Part shown: positions 57,855 to 64,000 of the stretch, piece after piece
Position numbering within the stretch: position 1 is the stretch's first letter
How the letters are laid out: every line of letters begins with the position of its first letter
Source: an uncultured Staphylococcaceae bacterium
Lineage (GTDB): Bacteria > Bacillota_I > Bacilli_A > RFN20 > CAG-826
Assembly: GCA_964410505.1 (NCBI GenBank)
Contig: CAYPGR010000003.1
Span: forward strand, 31,809 to 95,808
Reading direction: 5' to 3'
Length of the DNA: 64,000 nucleotides
The notes under the pieces: model-generated
What the model was told of the DNA's origin: nothing
Seen by the model: the letters and a program-made list of their open reading frames with translations, nothing else
Databases searched by the model: none
Translations under genes and position numbers: made by a program

Positions 57855-58576
57855 TATAGTCTCATGCCTCCGGACACTTCTAGGACGTGACCTGTGACAT
57901 AACTTGCTTCGTCACTCGCTAAGAAAACAGCGGGTCCTGCTAATTCTTCAGGTTGACCAAGGCGGCCAAGCATGGTAAGTTTGGCAAAACCATCAAGTAA
58001 ATCTTGTGGAACGGTTTTAAGAATATCAGTCATCATATATCCTGGAGCAATCGCGTTAACACGGACTGGGACTCCTTTACGAGCAAATTCTTTGGCCCAT
58101 GATTTTGTCATCCCAATGACGCCGGCTTTACTGGCCGCATAGTTTGCTTGGCCGATATTACCGAAGACACCGACGACAGAAGAAATATTAATAATTGAAC
58201 CACCACCGGTTTGTTCCATTAAAGGACCCACTTCACGGGTGAGGTTAAAGACACCTTTTAAGTTAACGTTAATCACACGGTCCCACATGGCATCATCCAT
58301 CCGAACCGTTAATTTATCAGCCGTAATCCCGGCGTTATTGACTAAAACATCAATTTTGCCATGTTTGGCTTTGATCATTTCGACGACTTCTTTGACTTGT
58401 GCGACATCGGTGACATTTAAAATGACACCTGAGACATTCTTTGCATCATAGGCAAGTGGGGCCATATCAGCAGCGTAAACAACTGCGCCTTCTTTTGCGA
58501 AAGCTTCCGCCATCACTTGACCTAATCCTTTAGCAGCACCTGTCACTAATGCGACTTTTCCTTGTAATCTTCCCAT
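57854..58576 (-). CDS. short-chain dehydrogenase / 3-oxoacyl-(ACP or CoA) reductase, FabG family
   Basis: GKVALVTGAAKGLG Rossmann motif. YAASKAG catalytic Tyr-x3-Lys. AAGGAG RBS before MGRLQGK. The track ORF extends upstream. Confidence 0.8.
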   Translation of the reverse strand: MGRLQGKVALVTGAAKGLGQVMAEAFAKEGAVVYAADMAPLAYDAKNVSGVILNVTDVAQVKEVVEMIKAKHGKIDVLVNNAGITADKLTVRMDDAMWDRVINVNLKGVFNLTREVGPLMEQTGGGSIINISSVVGVFGNIGQANYAASKAGVIGMTKSWAKEFARKGVPVRVNAIAPGYMMTDILKTVPQDLLDGFAKLTMLGRLGQPEELAGPAVFLASDEASYVTGHVLEVSGGMRL

Positions 58577-58599
58577 AAATTTATTTCTATCTCCTTTAT

Positions 58600-59808
58600 T
58601 TATGATACTCTTTTTACGATGACGGCTGTTCCCATCCCGCCACCAATGCACAGGCTTGCAAGCCCTAATTTTGCATTTCGTTTTGCCATCTCATGGACCA
58701 AGGTCACGATAATTCTTGAACCACTATTACCAACCGCGTGGCCAAGGGCAATCGCACCACCATTGACATTTGTCCGGGACATAATGTGTTCAATGGTATC
58801 GCCATGTTCTTCTGATAATTCTTTGACAACGCCTAAGCTTTGCGCGGCAAAGGCTTCATTTAATTCGATTAAATCAATGTCTTTTAAGGATAATTTAGCG
58901 GCCTTAAGCGCATTGCGTGTGGCTGGCACTGGACCTAAACCCATGAGTAATGGATCGACCCCACCTTGCCCAACCCCAACAATTTCCGCAAGGGGTGTTA
59001 AGCCGTATTTTTTAATGGCTTCTTCACTCGCCAGTAAGATGATGCTCGCGCCATCATTAATGCCGCTACTATTACCAGCAGTCACGGTCCCATCTTTTTT
59101 AAAGGCAGGCCGTAATTTCGCTAATTTTTCTAAATTGGTTGTCCGGTTTGGATATTCGTCTTTATCAAAGACTACTTCATCACGGCCCACCTTGACGGTA
59201 AGCGGGACGATTTCGTCTTTAAAACGATCGGCGTCAACGGCAGCGATCGCTTTATGTTGTGAATTGAGTGCGAACTGATCTTGTTCTTCACGGGTTAAAT
59301 GATGTTTTTCGGCAATGTTTTCAGCGGTAATACCCATATGGACATTGTTGAAGGCATCAGTTAAAGCATCAACAAGCATATGATCTTTTGCGACCACATC
59401 ACCCATTTTAATCCCACTACGGACATCATTATTTAATAAGTATGGCGCGCGGCTCATACTTTCAACCCCACCCGCTAAGACGAGATTGTGAAGGCCTACT
59501 TTAATATTTGTATAGGCGGTGATGACGGCTTTCATGCCTGAACCGCATAACATGTTAAGGCTATAAGCTGGAATACTTTCGTCAACCCCACCTTTGATGG
59601 CGATTTGACGACCAATGCCTTGACCTAAACCGGCACTTAAAATATTACCGATGATTACTTCATCGATTTCTTTACCACTAAGTTTATTACTACTTAGAAC
59701 GTCTTTGACTAAAACGGCTCCTAAATCGGCTGGATGGACATTTTTGAGTGTACCCAAAAAAGATCCTACTGCCGTTCTTTTGGCTGCGACAATAAAGACT
59801 TTATTCAT
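58600..59808 (-). CDS. acetyl-CoA C-acetyltransferase (thiolase II)
   Basis: N-terminus VAAKRTAVGSF. Cys nucleophile in NMLCGSGM. C-terminal GHAVGNSGSRI...CIGGGMG. Confidence 0.85.
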   Translation of the reverse strand: MNKVFIVAAKRTAVGSFLGTLKNVHPADLGAVLVKDVLSSNKLSGKEIDEVIIGNILSAGLGQGIGRQIAIKGGVDESIPAYSLNMLCGSGMKAVITAYTNIKVGLHNLVLAGGVESMSRAPYLLNNDVRSGIKMGDVVAKDHMLVDALTDAFNNVHMGITAENIAEKHHLTREEQDQFALNSQHKAIAAVDADRFKDEIVPLTVKVGRDEVVFDKDEYPNRTTNLEKLAKLRPAFKKDGTVTAGNSSGINDGASIILLASEEAIKKYGLTPLAEIVGVGQGGVDPLLMGLGPVPATRNALKAAKLSLKDIDLIELNEAFAAQSLGVVKELSEEHGDTIEHIMSRTNVNGGAIALGHAVGNSGSRIIVTLVHEMAKRNAKLGLASLCIGGGMGTAVIVKRVS

Positions 59809-59913
59809 GATTTTCCCCCTCAGTTTAGTGCCACTGAGACGTCTGTGACACGATTCTAATTACATTTTGTCAAAACCTGAAAGCGCTGTCAAGTAGAATG
59901 TGAATACTTCTTC

Positions 59914-59950
59914 ATGTTTGCAAACATTCCGTTTTCTTTGCTATAATAAA
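59914..59950 (+). promoter_or_regulatory. candidate tetR promoter with a perfect 14-bp palindromic operator
   Basis: ATGTTTGCAAACAT palindrome (59914–59927) overlaps a -35-like TTGCAA. TATAAT sits at 59942–59947, only 8 nt before the tetR ATG, which suggests a leaderless transcript. Confidence 0.45.
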
Positions 59951-59955
59951 ACCCA

Positions 59956-60567
59956 ATGAATGGCATTACCAAACCGTTAACCAAACGTGGACAAAAAACC
60001 TTTGACGCATTGGTTCGCTCAGCGACCACCCTTTTTCATACGAAAGGGTATCACCAAACGACGATTGCCGAAATCGCCAGCGATGCCGGGGTCGGGGTTG
60101 GGACCTTTTATATTTACTTCTGCGACAAATATAGTCTTTATCGTTTTGTGTTATTAGAACTTGGACATGTGATTCGGACCCATACGACCAAAGCAATCCA
60201 AGCCGCGAAGACGAGACGCGAAGCCGAACGGGCCGGGATGAAAGCCTTTATTAAATATATCCGTGATTATCCGTATGCCTATACCGTTATTTGGCAAGCC
60301 TTGCAAGTCGATAAGTCCTTATTTGTGAACTACTATAAAGATTTTAGTGCTCGCTATGTGCGTGGTCTAAGAGAAGCTTTAGGAGAAGGCGAAATCGTGG
60401 ATATCGATTTAGAGACCCTTAGTTATGCCTTAATGGGTATTAGTAACTTTGTCGGGCTCCAAATCACAATGTTTGAACCCCATTTACAAAAAGACGAGAT
60501 GATTGATCACCTCGTCGATAATTTGTTTGACGGTATTGAAAAAGGCTTATTCGTGAAGAAAGTCTAA
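59956..60567 (+). CDS. TetR/AcrR-family transcriptional regulator
   Basis: N-terminal HTH TLFHTKGYHQTTIAEIASDAGVGVGTFYIYF. About 200 aa. Confidence 0.8.
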   Translation: MNGITKPLTKRGQKTFDALVRSATTLFHTKGYHQTTIAEIASDAGVGVGTFYIYFCDKYSLYRFVLLELGHVIRTHTTKAIQAAKTRREAERAGMKAFIKYIRDYPYAYTVIWQALQVDKSLFVNYYKDFSARYVRGLREALGEGEIVDIDLETLSYALMGISNFVGLQITMFEPHLQKDEMIDHLVDNLFDGIEKGLFVKKV

Positions 60568-61455
60568 AATATCTTTGGTTAATTCATTTGGTTTATCAAC
60601 AAGCGGGCTATGTCCGCATTTTTTATAGGTGATAAGCCGTGCTTTATTGCCTAACGCCCCCACGGTTTCACGGGCCATGAATTCAGGCACGACTTTATCA
60701 TCAAGGCCATAAATTGCTAAAAGCTTAGCGCGCATATTGACAATCTTCTTATCGCCTTCAATGCCCGAGTAACTCAGGCCAACGCCTAAATTAAGTTGGG
60801 TTAAGGCCCAGTCAAGATCAACAAGGCACCGTTGTTTAAATGTTTCCGTCATGTAGAGATCATTTTCTTCTGGGGTTGGTTTATTGACGTTATAAATCGT
60901 TAAGTTCCACACATAATCCATAAAGGCGCGGTCTTTGCCTTCGATTGCTTTTAGTAACGGGGCAACTTGAATCGGGTCTTGCGCCATTTTTTCCTTACTT
61001 TTATATGGGGCAGTGAGGATCATTTGCCCTTTGGCGTCTTTTTCGTAAATCGGCAGTCCACGATAGGACATGCTATCAACAAGAATTACTTTTTCAACTA
61101 GTAACGGATGATGGCTCGCTAGGCTCAGGGCGACACCGCCCCCTGCTGACCAGCCGGCGACACTAAGGGGGGTCTTAAGTTTTAACGTTTCAATAAAAAG
61201 CACGACGTCTTCGGCTAATTCATTAAGGTGATTAAAACCTTTAACATAAGAACTGTCACCAAAGCCACGTAAGTCGACGGCGATGACATGGAGGTCATCT
61301 GGTAAACGGTTAATAAGCGGTAAATAATGAACACTGCTACTCATATTGCCGTGAATTAAGAGGAGGGTTTTGTCCCCACTTCCTTTTTCAAGATAGGCAA
61401 GGGTTTCCCCATTACTTAATTTAATATATTTCTTATCTAGATTTTGCTGCATCAT
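60547..61455 (-). CDS. alpha/beta-fold hydrolase
   Basis: AAGGAG RBS before MMQQNL. HG oxyanion motif LLLIHGN. Nucleophile elbow GWSAGG. Confidence 0.65.
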   Translation of the reverse strand: MMQQNLDKKYIKLSNGETLAYLEKGSGDKTLLLIHGNMSSSVHYLPLINRLPDDLHVIAVDLRGFGDSSYVKGFNHLNELAEDVVLFIETLKLKTPLSVAGWSAGGGVALSLASHHPLLVEKVILVDSMSYRGLPIYEKDAKGQMILTAPYKSKEKMAQDPIQVAPLLKAIEGKDRAFMDYVWNLTIYNVNKPTPEENDLYMTETFKQRCLVDLDWALTQLNLGVGLSYSGIEGDKKIVNMRAKLLAIYGLDDKVVPEFMARETVGALGNKARLITYKKCGHSPLVDKPNELTKDILDFLHE

Positions 61456-61526
61456 GATTTCTCCTTGGTTAGATTTTAAACGAAACATGAAAGCCATGCA
61501 AATATTCCTATATCGTGATGGCTTCT

Positions 61527-62546
61527 CTATTTATTATATGCTTCAAATGAAAAAGGAATCGTTTTATATAAGGCGTGAAGTTTCTTAATGACGTCTTCAT
61601 TTGGTTTATGATTCATTGATGAAACATTATTAAGAACTTCTCTAATCAGAGTCCCCACCGCGTAGCCCTCATTAAAGAAATCCTTGTGACGAATAATCAT
61701 GGATTGTTCACTCACATTTAATGAATTGAAATAAGATGAAGCTTTTAAAACTGTTTCTAAAGACAATTCGTCATTAATAAGTGAAGCCGTCTTAAAGTAA
61801 GTTAATGGAAATGGCAAGTGATCACGTAAGACTTCGGGATGATAACGGGCGACAAATGAAGGTAGATAAACGGGTGTTTCGTTTCCCTTATAAACGAGAT
61901 GATAATAAAGGCTAATAAAATCATGCGGATTAAGAAGTAAGATAAAAGCATCCGTCTCTAAGTTCGAGATGTATTTATAAACCCCTTCATAGTTTTGAGT
62001 ATCTTGTTCAATTTTTATGGGGCTATATAAAAGCGTTTGATACGTGATGACATCCGCGACAATTGCTTCAATCATTGGTTCATCACTATAAAGAATAAGT
62101 GGGCGTGACACACCTGTTTCTTCCACCAGTTGGATTAGTTCCTTGACATCATTTTTCATGCCTGGGCTCATTGGGAAAAGTGGGGCTTCCGTATCATAGC
62201 TAACATCTAACGGTTTGAAGTAAGGACTAATCACAGGAGTCAAACCATACTTATCAAACTCATGAGACGCAATGACAATATCTATTTTTTCTTGATTTAA
62301 GTCTTGCTTAAGAAGGTGGTATCTATTGTAGTATTCAAAAGAAAAATTGAGGGTTTTATTATCCGATAAGAGATAATCGATGCCGTGCAAATAGGATCTT
62401 ACCACTTCACTTTGTGCCATATTTGCGGGGATATCGATATATAAAGAGACTTGAAAACTTTGTTTACTACAACTAATGTTGCTGCCAAAAATAAAAAATG
62501 AAGCAATGAACAATTTCACTATTTTCTTAACAAATTTATACTTCAT
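61527..62546 (-). CDS. hypothetical lipoprotein
   Basis: Signal plus lipobox FGSNISC after MKYKFVKK. The track ORF starts earlier. Confidence 0.4.
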   Translation of the reverse strand: MKYKFVKKIVKLFIASFFIFGSNISCSKQSFQVSLYIDIPANMAQSEVVRSYLHGIDYLLSDNKTLNFSFEYYNRYHLLKQDLNQEKIDIVIASHEFDKYGLTPVISPYFKPLDVSYDTEAPLFPMSPGMKNDVKELIQLVEETGVSRPLILYSDEPMIEAIVADVITYQTLLYSPIKIEQDTQNYEGVYKYISNLETDAFILLLNPHDFISLYYHLVYKGNETPVYLPSFVARYHPEVLRDHLPFPLTYFKTASLINDELSLETVLKASSYFNSLNVSEQSMIIRHKDFFNEGYAVGTLIREVLNNVSSMNHKPNEDVIKKLHALYKTIPFSFEAYNK

Positions 62547-62753
62547 GACACTATAGTGACCATTATGGCCATTAAGTGCGACAAATACAACCTTTACTAT
62601 AGTTCCAGGGTTTTCGCATGCTTTCCCGTTAATGATAGGTTGATCACCGGGCATATGCTCAAAGTATCCTTTTTTATTCTTCGTGAATCGATGAAGAATT
62701 AATAAAAAAACGCCAGTCAGCATGTTGATGCCGCTAGCGATTGAAATAAAAAA

Positions 62754-62830
62754 TGGTCGGAATGACAGGATTCGAACCTGCGACCTTCTGGTCCCGAACC
62801 AGACGCACTACCAAGCTGTGCTACATCCCG
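62754..62830 (-). tRNA. tRNA-Pro (anticodon CGG), CCA encoded
   Basis: Reverse complement is CGGGATGTAGCACAGCTTGGTAGTGCGTCTGGTTCGGGACCAGAAGGTCGCAGGTTCGAATCCTGTCATTCCGACCA. Confidence 0.85.
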
Positions 62831-62925
62831 ACTGCAAATGATATTATACTCCAATTCATTATTTTGCAAAAGAAAATCCTCTAAAAAAGGCGGAATGAAG
62901 CGGTTATTAATGATACAATGGTGTC

Positions 62926-63849
62926 ATGAAACAAAAGGCATTAAACGGGACACTTAATCTTGGTGATTACTTTTTATCGCTTTTAAATGATCTCAATCAC
63001 TATGAAGGTTCATCCCTTCATTTTGACCATATTAACATCGACTTCATCAATTACCTTAAAGTCTCTTTTATCTATTTAGATAACCAAGCAAAAAAAGATA
63101 TTCTCGCTAAATTTACAAAAGAGACAATCTACAAAAAACATCCCTTCCTTCCGATTATCATCGATATTCTCGACGGAAAACATATCCGAGGTGGAAAGTG
63201 GGATCTTCTCCAAACCGCCATTAATCAAAACAAAAAGTACCCGTTAGTGCCTTTTATTAATCTCATCACCAAATATTTGTCTAACGATAAGTCCTCAATA
63301 AAAGTCATCCACCGTGAACTCAAAAAAGGTAACCTTCTCCTTTTCATCTATTGCCTCAATCATCATTTCATTGGTTTTAAGCATGAAGAAAAAATCAGTC
63401 TTCTAACCTTTTATAGTGCTTCGGGTTTAAGTTACGCGACCTATCTTTTAGCCGCCGAAGCGGTGCGAAAAGGTGATGTTGATGACGCCAAAAGAAAACT
63501 CGTCCTTACCGCCCGCCAGTCCGGGAAAAACGCCATTGATTTCGTTGGCGAAGAATCTTATCGTTTAGCAAAAAAGTTTGCCCATGAAAATAAAATTAGT
63601 GGTGAACTACTTAAACTAGCGGCAGATCTTGATTATGAAAATGCGTTTATGCCGTTAATTGAGTATTATGAAAATGCCCTTGAACTCGGTGAAGACCGTT
63701 TTGCCTATGCTTTTTATTATCTTTCGATTGCGAGTTTTAAATATATTAAGGCTGCGCAACGAAAACTCATCACTTATTACGAAAAAGGCATCTACATTCC
63801 AAAGAGTAGACGCCTTGCCCAAGATTTTAAAGATATTCTTAACGATTAA
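62926..63849 (+). CDS. hypothetical protein (307 aa)
   Basis: ORF only. Helical-repeat-like composition. Confidence 0.4.
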   Translation: MKQKALNGTLNLGDYFLSLLNDLNHYEGSSLHFDHINIDFINYLKVSFIYLDNQAKKDILAKFTKETIYKKHPFLPIIIDILDGKHIRGGKWDLLQTAINQNKKYPLVPFINLITKYLSNDKSSIKVIHRELKKGNLLLFIYCLNHHFIGFKHEEKISLLTFYSASGLSYATYLLAAEAVRKGDVDDAKRKLVLTARQSGKNAIDFVGEESYRLAKKFAHENKISGELLKLAADLDYENAFMPLIEYYENALELGEDRFAYAFYYLSIASFKYIKAAQRKLITYYEKGIYIPKSRRLAQDFKDILND

Positions 63850-64000
63850 TAATCGCCAAAGTCGAATAAACTAATTTGGTTGCTTTCAGGAAGGTCATTT
63901 AACGCCCCTAACTCTTTTAAACTTTCAATGTTTGAAGTGTTAAGGCGGGTCCGACTAACGAGATCTTCAATACTTAAGAACGCGCCATCTTTACGCGCTT
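63846..64000 (-). CDS. 3' end of a longer gene running off the window; the C-terminus ARKDGAFLSIEDLVSRTRLNTSNIESLKELGALNDLPESNQISLFDFGDY resembles the PolC-type DNA polymerase III C-terminus
   Basis: Hand translation of the minus strand is open to the window edge. Identification is from remembered PolC C-terminal patterns only. Confidence 0.35.
   Translation of the reverse strand, partial: ARKDGAFLSIEDLVSRTRLNTSNIESLKELGALNDLPESNQISLFDFGDY

Overview
This 64-kb window is a low-GC chromosomal segment that reads in the standard genetic code and looks like a Firmicutes or wall-less Firmicutes-like genome, with many lipoproteins and AT-rich intergenic regions. Reading left to right, the contents are:
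- 1–1560: the 3' part of an ABC exporter.
- 1959–9745: a secreted Ser/Thr-rich protein, tRNA-Thr, a MIP/aquaporin channel, a HAD-like hydrolase, a membrane protein, a large repeat-module lipoprotein, a LemA–TPM gene pair and a small basic protein.
- 9965–21321: a starch-utilisation cluster with membrane-anchored pullulanase, a CotH-like lipoprotein, a surface protein with two starch-binding-like modules, a GH13 alpha-amylase lipoprotein and a CBM-esterase lipoprotein.
- 21390–25759: a VOC-family protein, several small DUF proteins, an AIM24-family protein and a beta-propeller lipoprotein.
- 26094–29053: a class I ribonucleotide reductase pair in which the ATP-cone sits on the beta subunit rather than on NrdA.
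- 29358–31223: a stand-alone PD-(D/E)xK nuclease / SF1 helicase of the DUF2075 type.
- 31337–36266: ChrA, an ABC-2 exporter and a Fic protein with a Bro-N-like N-terminus.
- 36751–38950: an IS21-family insertion sequence (istA, istB).
- 39089–47006: the most interesting region, an AT-rich island bounded on one side by the 3' end of tRNA-Leu(CAA). It carries a tightly packed minus-strand operon: a beta-class DNA methyltransferase, a fused PLD-nuclease/SF2-helicase restriction protein, a 65-aa ORF, an SMC/Rad50-like ABC ATPase with a CxxC hook-like motif, and two unknown proteins (119 and 342 aa). A 100-bp gap follows, then an RNase III-like protein with two dsRBD-like modules.
- 47517–62546: housekeeping and metabolic genes: ald, an MsrA–fRMsr fusion, hydrolases, a CoA-transferase, a long thiolase–SDR–KASIII–livHMGF–SBP operon facing a divergent TetR regulator with a perfect palindromic operator, and a lipoprotein.
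- 62754 to the end: tRNA-Pro, a hypothetical gene and the probable 3' end of polC.
No CRISPR array or rRNA was seen.
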